64,000 nucleotides of DNA, from assembly GCA_943350175.1 (NCBI GenBank), contig CALQZX010000004.1, positions 7,214-71,213 on the forward strand. Reading direction: 5' to 3'. Below, in pieces: positions 1 to 10,076 of this stretch (within the stretch, counting starts at the first letter, position 1; the number at the start of each line of letters is the position of its first letter). Under the pieces are notes generated by a model. The model was not told the DNA's origin, ran no database searches, and saw nothing but the letters and a program-made list of their open reading frames with translations. The position numbers and the translations under genes are program-made. This DNA comes from Parcubacteria group bacterium (lineage in GTDB: Bacteria; Patescibacteriota; Microgenomatia; UBA1400; PJMF01).

Positions 1-173
1 GTACTTTAAAAAACTGACAATCTTCTTTTCGCTCAGTGAAGTCGCTGTTTATCGGCCTCAAATGTTTATTGAAATCTGTTAATCAGCTCCTTCAATGAAC
101 TGACTTCAAAGTGCGAAAGTCTAATCAGTATTATAACAGTCAACTAGGCTATTAAGTAAAATTGCGAAAAAAC

Positions 174-1352
174 TCAATCTCCCAGAATAATTAACTCATC
201 TTCTGCTCTAGTTACGGCCGTATAAAGCCAACGGCGCCAATCTAGATCAGACATTTGTTTAAAGCGTTCTTCAAAGAGAATGACTCGACTAGCCTGACTA
301 CCCTGAGCCTTATGAACAGTCAAAGCGTAAGCAAAATCAAAGAGCTCACCATGCATGGTCAAAGCGCGAGTTTCCTTTCCAAAGTTCATGGCTGTGCTGG
401 AACCAAATTGCTTTTTCACGGCTAAACCTTCAAAAATTTGATCATCGTCATCAAACATGATTTTGACTTCATAGAAGTTGTCATCTTTACTGTTGATGGT
501 CTGCAGCGTGCCCAGCATACCGTTGAAAATGGCGTACTGCTGTCTGTTGCGCAAACAGATAACTCTATCTCCTGCCTGGGGCAATGGCGATTCGTAGCCG
601 AGCAGGGTTCTTAAATAATTATTTAGTTTTATGCGGGTATTATTGTAACCACATAAAATCAGAGTATCTTGGTTATATTGCTGGAGATAGTTCTCAATAA
701 TCTCTTGAGATTCTGGGTCGTTCTTGGACAACTTACGCACACCTTGGCCATAATTGCCGATTTTGATCTGGCCATGTTTTCTGGCTTCAATGGAAAGTTT
801 AATGATTGGGTTGTCGGCTACCTGGCGATGAATTTCTTCTAATTTGATCTCTGGATTTTCCATGAGATTGAATTGACCACTAACTGGTGGCAGTTGGCCA
901 TGATCACCCACTGCCAAAATTGGAACATCGTAGGAAAGCAGATCTAGCCAGATTTTCTGATCAACCATCGAGGCCTCATCAATGATAATTAAATCAGCCT
1001 TAATTTCTTCTTTGCGTTTCCAGCCCATGATTTCGTGATTTTCATTTTCGATCAGACTGTAAATCAAAGAATGAATCGTGCCAACGCTGTCGCCTTTATA
1101 TAAAACATCATTTTCTTTGAGATAATTTTTCAAAACTCTAGTCGCTTTACCGGTGAAAGCAGCGAAAGCTACCTTAATTTTTGGATTTTGTTGAAAAATG
1201 ACTTTGCGCAAAATGGCGATCAATGTGGTTTTGCCAGTTCCAGCGTAACCGCCTAAAGTCAGAAATTGCTTGCTGGCAGGATTGGTAGAGGCCGCAGCCT
1301 CCCAAGATAAGATTTGTTTTAAAGCTAGTTTTTTATCGGAAGAAATATCCAT
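174..1352 (-). CDS. RecD/Dda-like SF1B helicase (AAA_30 + UvrD_C_2)
   Basis: Walker A GYAGTGKTT, AFTGKA, IIDEASM, GDHGQLPPV, TVHKAQGS, YTAVTRA. Confidence 0.85.
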   Translation of the reverse strand: MDISSDKKLALKQILSWEAAASTNPASKQFLTLGGYAGTGKTTLIAILRKVIFQQNPKIKVAFAAFTGKATRVLKNYLKENDVLYKGDSVGTIHSLIYSLIENENHEIMGWKRKEEIKADLIIIDEASMVDQKIWLDLLSYDVPILAVGDHGQLPPVSGQFNLMENPEIKLEEIHRQVADNPIIKLSIEARKHGQIKIGNYGQGVRKLSKNDPESQEIIENYLQQYNQDTLILCGYNNTRIKLNNYLRTLLGYESPLPQAGDRVICLRNRQQYAIFNGMLGTLQTINSKDDNFYEVKIMFDDDDQIFEGLAVKKQFGSSTAMNFGKETRALTMHGELFDFAYALTVHKAQGSQASRVILFEERFKQMSDLDWRRWLYTAVTRAEDELIILGD

Positions 1353-1366
1353 ATTTAAATCGGCAA

Positions 1367-2515
1367 TTACTCGATGAACATTGCGTCACCAAAACTAAAG
1401 AATCTGTAATCATTCTCTAAGGCATGTGAGTAAGCTTGGCCGACGCTAGTCTCCAAGAAAGTAGTAAATTCTTGATTGGTGTTTGGTGAGGAACAAAAAG
1501 CCGAGACGAGCATGAGTAAACTCGATTTTGGTAAATGAAAATTAGTAATCAAAACATCAATGAAATTAAATTGATAAGGCGGATCGATGAAAATATTGGT
1601 TTCTTTGGCTGCAGCTACTAATTCTTTTTTGGTCTGGCTCAACAAAACCGCCGACTCCAAAGTTCTGGTGCTGGTGGTACCAACAGCAATGATTCTCTTA
1701 CCAGCTTGTTTAGCTTGATTGAGTCTACTGGCAACTTCAACATCAACCTCATAATATTCGCTGTGCAAAGTTTTGTTTTTTAAATTTTCACTAGTTAATT
1801 TGGCGAAGGTGCCGAGTCCCACGTGCAAAGTAACTTTTTCGATCTGCACTTCTTTTTGTTCTAGTTTGTACAAAAGTTCATCGGTGAAATGCAGTCCAGC
1901 GGTGGGTGCTGCAGCCGAACCCTCTTCTCTGGCGTAAACTGTCTGATATTCTTCTTTGATTTTTTCCTCTGACTGGGTCGGGTGAATGTAAGGCGGTAGC
2001 GGTGTAAAACCGCATAAATCAATTTCAGAAAGAAGATTAGCAGCACTCTGATTAAATTTGACCTGCACCTTGGCGCTGTCTTCGTCTCTAAAGATCACTT
2101 CTGCCTGCAAAAAGTCACTAAAGTCCAGATCTGCAGATAAACTCCCATCACTTTCTAGAAAGCTTCTTCTGGGAAAGAAAAGCTTCTGACCGAGCTTTAA
2201 ACCTGGCTTAGAAATGGCTGAGAAAGTATCCAAATCAATTTGCTTGATGAGCAATAATTCAACTTTACCACCGCTTTGCTTCTTACCAAGCAAACGAGCA
2301 CTGAAAACTTTGGTTTCATTAAGCACCAAAACGTCATTGCTAGTCAGAAGATCTGCTAATTCATAAAAAAAATGATCTTTGATTTCACCATTCGATCTAT
2401 TTACTGTCAAAAGCCTAGAATGGTCACGAGGAAAAGCTGGTTGATTGGCAATTTTATCCTCACTCAGAGGGTAATCGTATTTATCTAAAATATCGTTAAT
2501 ATTTTCGTCAAACAT
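1367..2515 (-). CDS. queA: S-adenosylmethionine:tRNA ribosyltransferase-isomerase
   Basis: PLPPYI, YQTVYA, GSAAAPTAGLHFT, TLHVGLGTF, AVGTT, TNFHLPKSSL, YRFFSFGDAM. Confidence 0.95.
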   Translation of the reverse strand: MFDENINDILDKYDYPLSEDKIANQPAFPRDHSRLLTVNRSNGEIKDHFFYELADLLTSNDVLVLNETKVFSARLLGKKQSGGKVELLLIKQIDLDTFSAISKPGLKLGQKLFFPRRSFLESDGSLSADLDFSDFLQAEVIFRDEDSAKVQVKFNQSAANLLSEIDLCGFTPLPPYIHPTQSEEKIKEEYQTVYAREEGSAAAPTAGLHFTDELLYKLEQKEVQIEKVTLHVGLGTFAKLTSENLKNKTLHSEYYEVDVEVASRLNQAKQAGKRIIAVGTTSTRTLESAVLLSQTKKELVAAAKETNIFIDPPYQFNFIDVLITNFHLPKSSLLMLVSAFCSSPNTNQEFTTFLETSVGQAYSHALENDYRFFSFGDAMFIE

Positions 2516-2527
2516 GGGCTTAGTCTA

Positions 2528-3568
2528 TCATAAATGAAGGCTAAAAGTGCTGCCTTTACCCAACTGGCTAGTGACACTTAGCTTGCCATTCAGAAGCTCT
2601 GAGATCTCACCTGCAATGGATAAACCTAGTCCAAAACCTGCTGACTTACTCTTGTTGCGAGAGCTTTCAACTTTATAGAAACGATCAAAAATTAAAGGTA
2701 AATTTTCTTTGCCAATGCCAACTCCGCTATCTTTAACTTGAAAAACAGCCTTATTTTTTTCCATAAAGAAATTAAGGGTAATTTTGCCAGATTTAGGCGT
2801 GTATTTAATGGCATTATCCAGAAAAATCGATAAAATTTGCATTAACTTATCATAATCTGTTTTAACTAAGTCATGCTTGGCTTTACTAATAATTTTAATG
2901 TCTTTAGTTTTGACTAAAGCACTAAATTTACTAGTTAATTCATTTGATATTTCATCTAATGCGACCATGCGCTGATCAAGAACTTCTGCGCGGCGCTCAG
3001 CTTTAGATAAAAGCAGTAAATCATTGCTTAATTTTTCCAAACCCTCGATATCTTTCAAATTATCTTTTAAGATAGACAATGCATCTTCTCTACTAATTTT
3101 CTTATCTTTCAAATTAACTTCCAAAGCTGTCTTAATCGCCGTCAAAGGAGTACGCAATTCATGAGCCGCATCAGCCGTGAATCTTTTTTGAGCTAGCAAA
3201 GATTTCTCTATTGGAGCAAGGGTTCTACCTGCTAATAAATAAGCCAAAAAAGTAGAAATCGAGAGGATTCCTAGGTCTATAAAAATTAAACTAAGTAGAA
3301 AATTCCTTCTGGCTAGTTCGAAATCTTGTTTAAATTCTTCTGAATTAATCTCAAAAGGCCCAACATCGGCATCTCTCAAGTTTCTTGGTAAATGCTGAGG
3401 CAGATTAATATTTAACTCCTGAGCTCTTAGTCTGAGCTGAAAACGATTCAGATTTTCAAAAAGTAAGACAGATCCAGCTCGATAAATCAAGGCGGTAAAC
3501 AAAAGTAAAATAAAGGAGATTGTCAAGGAATACCATAAAGTCAATTTTAAACGGGCTGATTTAAACAT
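2528..3568 (-). CDS. Membrane sensor histidine kinase
   Basis: Two TM helices, H-box DAAHELRTPL, N-box LDNAIKY, DSGVGI, FDRFYK, GFGLGL. Confidence 0.93.
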   Translation of the reverse strand: MFKSARLKLTLWYSLTISFILLLFTALIYRAGSVLLFENLNRFQLRLRAQELNINLPQHLPRNLRDADVGPFEINSEEFKQDFELARRNFLLSLIFIDLGILSISTFLAYLLAGRTLAPIEKSLLAQKRFTADAAHELRTPLTAIKTALEVNLKDKKISREDALSILKDNLKDIEGLEKLSNDLLLLSKAERRAEVLDQRMVALDEISNELTSKFSALVKTKDIKIISKAKHDLVKTDYDKLMQILSIFLDNAIKYTPKSGKITLNFFMEKNKAVFQVKDSGVGIGKENLPLIFDRFYKVESSRNKSKSAGFGLGLSIAGEISELLNGKLSVTSQLGKGSTFSLHL

Positions 3569-3570
3569 AA

Positions 3571-4245
3571 CTAATCTCCAATTCTATAACCAAAGCCTCT
3601 AACGGTGTGAATGAGCGGTTTTTTATCTTTAAAAGGTTTGTCAATTTTGTTTCTTAAATATCCAATATAAACTTCGACGGTATTGAATAAGACATCTGCT
3701 TCATAATCCCAGACGTTTTCAATAATTTGTTCTTTACTTAGGATTCTATTTTTATGACGAATTAGATATTCAAGAAAAGTAAATTCTTTTCTTGATAGAT
3801 CAATGCTTTTACCGGATCTCTTAACTTCAAAATTTCTTGTGTCGAGCTGCAAATCATCGATTTTAAGAATGGCGCTTTCTTGTAATTTGGGACGTCTAGT
3901 CAAGGCTCTTACTCTGGCCAAAAGTTCTGCGAAAGCAAAAGGCTTCACCAAGTAATCATCGGCCCCGCAATCAAGCACTGAAACCTTATCTTCAAGTTCT
4001 CCCTTAGCCGTTAAAACCAGAATGGGAGTGTGCACTATATCTTCTCTTAATTTTCTGCAGACGCTGACCCCATCCATTTTGGGCAACATTAAATCGAGAA
4101 TAATAACTTCATATTCATTGGAGCTAGCCAAATCAAAAGCAGCCTCGCCATCAAATGCAGTTTCAACTAAAAATTTTTCCTGTTCCAAACCTTTTTTGAT
4201 AGATTGACTGATGCGGAGCTCGTCTTCAACTAATAAAATTTTCAT
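3571..4245 (-). CDS. OmpR/PhoB-family response regulator
   Basis: LLVEDE, ILDLMLP, GADDYLVKPF, winged-helix HTVRGFGY. Confidence 0.95.
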   Translation of the reverse strand: MKILLVEDELRISQSIKKGLEQEKFLVETAFDGEAAFDLASSNEYEVIILDLMLPKMDGVSVCRKLREDIVHTPILVLTAKGELEDKVSVLDCGADDYLVKPFAFAELLARVRALTRRPKLQESAILKIDDLQLDTRNFEVKRSGKSIDLSRKEFTFLEYLIRHKNRILSKEQIIENVWDYEADVLFNTVEVYIGYLRNKIDKPFKDKKPLIHTVRGFGYRIGD

Positions 4246-4257
4246 TTTTCTTGATGA

Positions 4258-4291
4258 ATATTATAATAATTAGCTGAAAAGCAGCTGAGAG
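4258..4291 (-). promoter_or_regulatory. Putative OmpR-type tandem box (11-bp period) plus -10 upstream of the response regulator
   Basis: + strand CTGAAAA (4274-80) and CTGAGAG (4285-91); -10-like hexamer at 4258-4265; same arrangement at 8498-8531. Confidence 0.6.
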
Positions 4292-4292
4292 T

Positions 4293-5021
4293 TTACTGCG
4301 TTTTCTGTTCTTCGCTTTTATTACTATAATTTTCTTGGATGAATTTTTCTCTACTTTCACCTTTTAGATGAGGAATAAACGGTCTAAAGTTTTCTAGTTG
4401 TTCTGGATTATGACTAAGAACACTTAAAATTTTATTCAAATATTGTTGTAAGTCTTCACAATACTTAATGTTTTCTAGATAGAAATATTTTTTATTAACT
4501 CTATCTGTGTCTTCAGTAGAAACACCAGAGCTAGAAGCGCTGGATCTAGCAGTCAGAGTACCAACTTGTAGCATTGAGTGAGCAACACCTTCAAAAAAGC
4601 CTTGATTATTACAGCTCGTATCAACCACCATTTCTAGAGGCAAGCTTTGATTATAACGATTAAAAGGGGTGGTGTAGACGATTTTGGTCAAACGTTTGTT
4701 GGTTAAAATAGCTAAACTCTTTACCCATAAACTATAAACCCACCAAAAACCAATGACAGCAAAGCCGCCAGCTAAGATTAAAGTCAGCGGTAAAAGGAAA
4801 GCAAAAGAACTAAAAGAAAAAATACTTTTAAAAGCCAAAGAAAATACATAAGAAGTCAAAAAAATTGCTGCAGCAATCAAAATTACAGAAAACATTCTAG
4901 AGAATAAAAATAGCTCATGCTCTCTTGTTATGTAAAGAATTTTTTCATCAGTAGCCTGTCCAGGAAAACGATCTTGGTCATATGGAAAAACAAATTCTTT
5001 AGCTTGAAAAATTTTACTCAT
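4293..5021 (-). CDS. Membrane protein with a bacterial PH-like domain
   Basis: Two TM helices followed by an ILTNKRL...GTLT pattern. Confidence 0.6.
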   Translation of the reverse strand: MSKIFQAKEFVFPYDQDRFPGQATDEKILYITREHELFLFSRMFSVILIAAAIFLTSYVFSLAFKSIFSFSSFAFLLPLTLILAGGFAVIGFWWVYSLWVKSLAILTNKRLTKIVYTTPFNRYNQSLPLEMVVDTSCNNQGFFEGVAHSMLQVGTLTARSSASSSGVSTEDTDRVNKKYFYLENIKYCEDLQQYLNKILSVLSHNPEQLENFRPFIPHLKGESREKFIQENYSNKSEEQKTQ

Positions 5022-5041
5022 GAGACAATTGTATCACCAAG

Positions 5042-6247
5042 CTACTCATAGCGCAGAGCATCAATTGGTTGCAACGCAGCAGCTTTTTTGGCAGGATAAT
5101 AACCAAAAACAATTCCAACACCAGTAGAAACTCCTATCGCTAGAAGAATAGAAGAAAGACTAACTACAAAGGGAATGCTTAAGAATTTGGTGGCAACAAA
5201 AGTAACTAGAACTCCAAGCGAAAGGCCAATTAAGCCACCCATTAAAGTCACAACCACTGCTTCAATTAGAAACTGCCAAAGAATATCTCTTTGCTTGGCT
5301 CCAATAGCCTTTAGCAAACCTATTTCTCTGGTGCGCTCTGTCACCGTCACCAACATGATATTCATGATACCAATTCCACCAACAAGTAAAGAAATAGCTG
5401 CTATTCCTGCCAACATTGCTGAAAGCGTGCCGGTCACTGAGCTAATCGAATCAATCATTTCCTGAGCACTGCGAATGCTGAAGTCAGCATCATTAACATT
5501 GTTGATCTCATGACGCAGTAAAAGCGTGTCAGAAACAGCTGTTTCTGCACTAGTCACCAATTCACTATCATCAACCAACACCTCAATGCTATTAAAATAG
5601 TTTTGGGACAGAATAACTTTTTGCACTGTAGAAAGTGGAGCCAAAGCACTAGAGCTGTCAGTAATTACTCCAATAATACGAAATGACTTGCCATCTATTC
5701 TCACCGATTCTCCAACCACTTGTGCATCAACTCCAAAAATATCTTCCACGAGTTGATCCCCTAGAACCACAACCTTGGATCTAGTGGCTACTTGAGATTC
5801 ACTAATAAAAGAACCCTGCGATAAACTCAATTCATGAATTTGCGCATATGTTTCTTCAACGCCACTAATCGAGGACTGGACTGCAGTCCCATCATAAGTG
5901 ATCTGCTTGTTAGTGCTAACCAATCCAGCAACGCTAGTTATATTGGGCAATAAAGCCAGTGCCTTAACATCATCCTCAACTAAAGTATCAACAGTACTAC
6001 CACCTCCACCTCCTGGACCCCTAACGTTACGCCCTGCTTGAACAGTTAAAATATTTGCCCCAAAACTAGAAATTTCTCCCACAATAGATTGGGTCGCTCC
6101 GCTACCCAGAGACATAATAATGATCACTGAAGCAATACCGATAATCACTCCGAGCATTGTTAGAACCGTCCTAACAACATTGGTTCTCAAAGCATTAATA
6201 GCTAAAATAAATAATTCTATAAATTCCATATTATTTATCACTTTCAA
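5042..6247 (-). CDS. MacB/FtsX-type ABC transporter permease
   Basis: RTVLTMLGVIIGIASV; ISLLVGGIGIMNIMLVTVTERTREIG; PAKKAAALQPIDALRYE. Confidence 0.93.
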   Translation of the reverse strand: MKVINNMEFIELFILAINALRTNVVRTVLTMLGVIIGIASVIIIMSLGSGATQSIVGEISSFGANILTVQAGRNVRGPGGGGGSTVDTLVEDDVKALALLPNITSVAGLVSTNKQITYDGTAVQSSISGVEETYAQIHELSLSQGSFISESQVATRSKVVVLGDQLVEDIFGVDAQVVGESVRIDGKSFRIIGVITDSSSALAPLSTVQKVILSQNYFNSIEVLVDDSELVTSAETAVSDTLLLRHEINNVNDADFSIRSAQEMIDSISSVTGTLSAMLAGIAAISLLVGGIGIMNIMLVTVTERTREIGLLKAIGAKQRDILWQFLIEAVVVTLMGGLIGLSLGVLVTFVATKFLSIPFVVSLSSILLAIGVSTGVGIVFGYYPAKKAAALQPIDALRYE

Positions 6248-6947
6248 TCAGACCATCCTTAACTTTAATTACTCTGCTAGCAAAGGCGGCGATATCATCT
6301 TCATGAGTAATTAAAATAATAGTGTGACCTTGCTTATTAAGCTCTTTAAAAAAGCCCATTATTTCATGAGCAGTCTTGGTGTCTAAATTACCAGTTGGTT
6401 CATCGGCAAGCAAAATAGCTGGATTCATCACTAAAGACCTAGCAATTGCCACTCTTTGGATCTGTCCTCCAGAAATATGATTAGACATATTATTGGCTTT
6501 ATCTTTTAAACCAACCAGATCTAGGCACTCCAAGGCTTTAGCCTCTCTTGCTGCTTTTGGCACTTTGCCATACATCATTGGTCTTTCAACATTCTTAAGC
6601 ACGCTAGTACGAGCTAGAAGATTAAACGATTGAAAAATAAAACCAATATCTCTATTTCTAATTTCTGAAAGTTCATCATCGTCGTAGGCATCAATCAAAC
6701 GTTCTCTCAAATAGTATTCTCCACTGGTAGCCAAATCCAGAGCACCAATAATATTCATCATCGTTGATTTACCAGAGCCAGAAGGACCAGTGATGGCTAC
6801 AAATTCACCTTGAACAATGTCAAAAGAGACACCTTTCAGCGCTTCATAAGTAATTGGTCCAGTTTGATAGCTCTTATGAATATTACGAAAAGAAATTATG
6901 GTTTTTCTGGTGGTTTTTTTGTTGGCTTTTTTAATAGTTTTTGACAT
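6231..6947 (-). CDS. ABC transporter ATP-binding protein (MacB/LolD type)
   Basis: GPSGSGKST, SGGQIQRVAIAR, LADEPTGNLD, ITHE. Confidence 0.95.
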   Translation of the reverse strand: MSKTIKKANKKTTRKTIISFRNIHKSYQTGPITYEALKGVSFDIVQGEFVAITGPSGSGKSTMMNIIGALDLATSGEYYLRERLIDAYDDDELSEIRNRDIGFIFQSFNLLARTSVLKNVERPMMYGKVPKAAREAKALECLDLVGLKDKANNMSNHISGGQIQRVAIARSLVMNPAILLADEPTGNLDTKTAHEIMGFFKELNKQGHTIILITHEDDIAAFASRVIKVKDGLIESDK

Positions 6948-8135
6948 CTAGTGTGCTAAAAATCCACCTCCGGAAGAGCTTTTGCTGTTGCTTGCTTCTC
7001 CAGAAATTATTTTTTGTCCTTCACTTAAGCCGTTTAAAACTTCACTACTAATGTCTCCGGAAAGACCAACTTTGATTGGCTGATAAACTGCAGTCTGAGT
7101 TTTCTCATCAAAAGTTTGGACGGCTTTTTCACCCTGGTATGGCTTAATAGCTGTATTTGGGATTAGCAAAATATCGTTCTTTTCTTGCGTGGTAATGTTG
7201 ACCTGAGCAGTCATACCTGGACGCAACTGTTGATCTGTTTTATCCAAAGTTAAATAGACATAATAGACGGCAACATCAGAACTAATCGTGGCAAATTCAT
7301 CAACTCTCTGCACTGTCGCTGGCAACTCTAAGCCAGACAAAGCATCTATAGAAACCAAGGCTTTTTGACCTGGAGCAACTCCAACGATGTCGTTCTCATT
7401 AATTGCTACAGAAACCCAACTTTCATTGGTAGTCTTAATCACAGCCGCCACATCAGTAGAGGTGACACTTTGACCCACAGCAACGCTAAGATTGGCTATT
7501 TGGCCATCAGCTGTAGCCTTGACAGGGCCACTAGAAGTAGCTTGATAGGCTAAAGAAGCATTATTAAGAGCAGATTGAGCCTGACTAATAACCTGATCTT
7601 GATTGAGACGATTTGCCTCAGCTGCCTGCCAATCACCTTTGGTTTGAATGTAAACTGGATCGTCGACTGACAATTCAGTGTCCAAAGCCTTGCCCTCAAA
7701 ATCCTCATGAGCTTTCCACATCGAAGAATCTAGAGTATCCATTTTAGCCTTGGCAGAAGCTAAATTATTTTTAGCACTCAAGTAATCAGAATAAGCCTTA
7801 CTGCGTTCTTCTTCAGTAGCATTGCTATTTACGTAGAAAAGCTTAGCTCCCTTTTTTACAGAGTCGCCATTCTTTACATAAACTTCGGTTATGACTCCAT
7901 TTATGGAGCCAGTTATTTCAGTTTTATTGCTTGAAGAAAGCTCTCCAGTTTCAGAGACGATTTGCTGCAAATTACCTTTTTTCGCTTCTGTAAACTGATA
8001 GCTGGCGGTACTAGTCGTAGTTTTAGATCTAAAGAACAACAAGTAAATAGCCAGGGCAACTACTGCCAATAACAAAAATTTTTGCCATTTTTTAAGAGAT
8101 TTAAATTTATCAACTATATTTTTAATTAACTTCAT
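6948..8135 (-). CDS. MacA/HlyD-like membrane-fusion (adaptor) protein
   Basis: N-terminal TM, VKNGDSVKKG, coiled coil, LRPGMTAQV, GLSEGQKII. Confidence 0.88.
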   Translation of the reverse strand: MKLIKNIVDKFKSLKKWQKFLLLAVVALAIYLLFFRSKTTTSTASYQFTEAKKGNLQQIVSETGELSSSNKTEITGSINGVITEVYVKNGDSVKKGAKLFYVNSNATEEERSKAYSDYLSAKNNLASAKAKMDTLDSSMWKAHEDFEGKALDTELSVDDPVYIQTKGDWQAAEANRLNQDQVISQAQSALNNASLAYQATSSGPVKATADGQIANLSVAVGQSVTSTDVAAVIKTTNESWVSVAINENDIVGVAPGQKALVSIDALSGLELPATVQRVDEFATISSDVAVYYVYLTLDKTDQQLRPGMTAQVNITTQEKNDILLIPNTAIKPYQGEKAVQTFDEKTQTAVYQPIKVGLSGDISSEVLNGLSEGQKIISGEASNSKSSSGGGFLAH

Positions 8136-8150
8136 AAGTATTTCTTTCTT

Positions 8151-8489
8151 TTAACGTCTTTCCATTCCTGGACCAGGGCCAGTTCCAGGACCCGTGCCCG
8201 TGGCATGTCTAACTGTGCGAAATACTGTTTGAAAAATAGACGAATCTTCATTCCTAACAAATTGATTACGTTGCTCTTTTAATTTTTGATCAATTTGTTC
8301 TTGATTCAAACCCTCATTTTTCCAAAATTCAAGCATTTTCTCTTGCTGGGCAAGAGCAGCTTCTCTGCGCAACTGCGAATCTTTTTGGAATTTCATAAAT
8401 TCAAAGGTTCCAAAAATTGAAATTACTAATAAAGGCATCAAGACCCACTTTAGCCAATTTTTCTTGGATTTTTTATCATCTTTTTTCAT
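8151..8489 (-). CDS. Small membrane-anchored protein, first gene of the exporter operon
   Basis: One TM helix, helical body, C-terminal GTGPGTGPGPG. Confidence 0.65.
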   Translation of the reverse strand: MKKDDKKSKKNWLKWVLMPLLVISIFGTFEFMKFQKDSQLRREAALAQQEKMLEFWKNEGLNQEQIDQKLKEQRNQFVRNEDSSIFQTVFRTVRHATGTGPGTGPGPGMERR

Positions 8490-8497
8490 AACACTCC

Positions 8498-8531
8498 ATT
8501 ATATGCACGTAAGCTGAGAAAATCCTGAGAA
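8498..8531 (-). promoter_or_regulatory. Putative OmpR-type tandem box plus TATAAT upstream of the exporter operon
   Basis: Exact CTGAGAA repeats at 8514-20 and 8525-31; TATAAT on the - strand at 8498-8503, 10 bp away. Confidence 0.65.
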
Positions 8532-8587
8532 ATAATTATGGATCATGTATATTGTTCTAGATGCCTTTATTAGCTATACTCGATTTT

Positions 8588-8950
8588 ATGAATGAAATCT
8601 TTCACAAAATTTCCGCCAAAGTCGCCAGTATCGCTGGAAGAGCCTCCACTTTCGTCTTAGCCGTATCAATGATTGTTGTTTGGCTGATCAGCGGGCCCTT
8701 ATTTAATTATTCTGACACCTGGCAACTTGCCATCAACACCACCACAACTATTATTACTTTTTTAATGGTTTTTTTAATTCAGAACACTCAAAATCGCGAC
8801 TCAAAAGCCATGCATTTGAAACTAGATGAATTAATAAAAGTAACCAAAGCAGCCAGCAATAAGTTAATTGAGATTGAAGAAGATAGCGATGAAGAAATTG
8901 ATGCACTGGAAGAAAAATTCAAAAAGATTAAAGAAAAATTTAATAATTAA
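8588..8950 (+). CDS. Low-affinity iron permease family protein
   Basis: WLISGPLFNYSDTWQLAINTTTTIITFLMVFLIQNTQNRD...KLDELI; start moved to ATG 8588, 7 nt after TATACT. Confidence 0.85.
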   Translation: MNEIFHKISAKVASIAGRASTFVLAVSMIVVWLISGPLFNYSDTWQLAINTTTTIITFLMVFLIQNTQNRDSKAMHLKLDELIKVTKAASNKLIEIEEDSDEEIDALEEKFKKIKEKFNN

Positions 8951-8954
8951 ATAA

Positions 8955-10076
8955 ATGTTTCAATATTTTAGAAATATAAAAGCTCTAGAAAAAAAACAGC
9001 GAATTATTGTTTACTGTGTTTTTTATATTATAGTTTTACTGGTTTTAGCTGTTTCTGCTTTTGCTAGTTACCGTTATTTTGGCCAAAAAAATAATGCAAA
9101 TGACATAGACACAGCTAAAGTAGATTTATTTGATCCAAACCAAGAAGTTAATCTCGTTTCAAGCGGAATTCAAGAAGAAGATAAAAAAACTCTTAATGTT
9201 TTGCTAGCTGGTTATGGAGGAGCTGGGCATCAGGGCGGTTTCTTAAGCGACATCATTCAAATCGCTCATTTTGATTTTCCGAAAAAGCAAATTACTTTTA
9301 TTTCGATTCCAAGAGACCTCTATTTGCTAACCCAAGACCAACAAGGTTATAAAGTTAATAACTTGATGAGCGTCGGTATGAATCAAGGCGATGGAATTAG
9401 CTCTGGTCTTGAACTAATGCAAAAAAGCATCGGACAAATCACAGGTCTGCCAATCAAATATTACATCGGCACTGATTTCGTTGGTTTTCAAAGAACCGTT
9501 GGCTATGAATTAAATAGCATTGAAGTAGATGTCTCGCAAACTTTAGAGGATCCTTGGTATCCACTCGAGGGCGCTCAGCTTGATCCATGTGGCTATACAC
9601 CAGAAGAAATTGCTAGTTTTACTGCCAATTACAGTGGTTTTGAATTGGAAAGTAAATTCGCTTGCAGATATGAACACTTGCTCTATAAACAAGGCAAGGT
9701 CATGATGGAAGGTCATGACGCGCTCGCGTATGTACGCTCGCGCCACAGTTCTAGCGACTATGATCGCAGTCGTCGTCAGGTAGAAGTACTGACCGCCATT
9801 CGCAATAAACTATTTAAGCTCGAGGCTCTCAAGGCTATTCCAAAATTTTATGAAGCTTTCTCAGAACACGTCACAACTAATTTGGATCTGGAAAGTGCTA
9901 AGTACTTAGCACCTCTATTAGCCAATGCTGATGAATTTGAAATGAAAAGCATCAATCTTACTCCTGAAAATGTCCTTCAAAGCAGCAAATCCAGCGCTGG
10001 AGCATTTATCGTTATCCCTAAAGCTGGGATGAACAATTGGACAGAGATGCAGAGCTTTATTAAAAGCCAAATTTAA
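8955..10076 (+). CDS. LytR-CpsA-Psr (LCP) family protein
   Basis: N-terminal TM, SDIIQI, ISIPRDL, ALAYVRSRH...DYDRSRRQ. Confidence 0.88.
   Translation: MFQYFRNIKALEKKQRIIVYCVFYIIVLLVLAVSAFASYRYFGQKNNANDIDTAKVDLFDPNQEVNLVSSGIQEEDKKTLNVLLAGYGGAGHQGGFLSDIIQIAHFDFPKKQITFISIPRDLYLLTQDQQGYKVNNLMSVGMNQGDGISSGLELMQKSIGQITGLPIKYYIGTDFVGFQRTVGYELNSIEVDVSQTLEDPWYPLEGAQLDPCGYTPEEIASFTANYSGFELESKFACRYEHLLYKQGKVMMEGHDALAYVRSRHSSSDYDRSRRQVEVLTAIRNKLFKLEALKAIPKFYEAFSEHVTTNLDLESAKYLAPLLANADEFEMKSINLTPENVLQSSKSSAGAFIVIPKAGMNNWTEMQSFIKSQI

Noticed and set aside
174-1352. Dda-like helicase as a prophage marker
   Set aside because: No phage structural or integrase genes nearby; it is co-oriented with queA.
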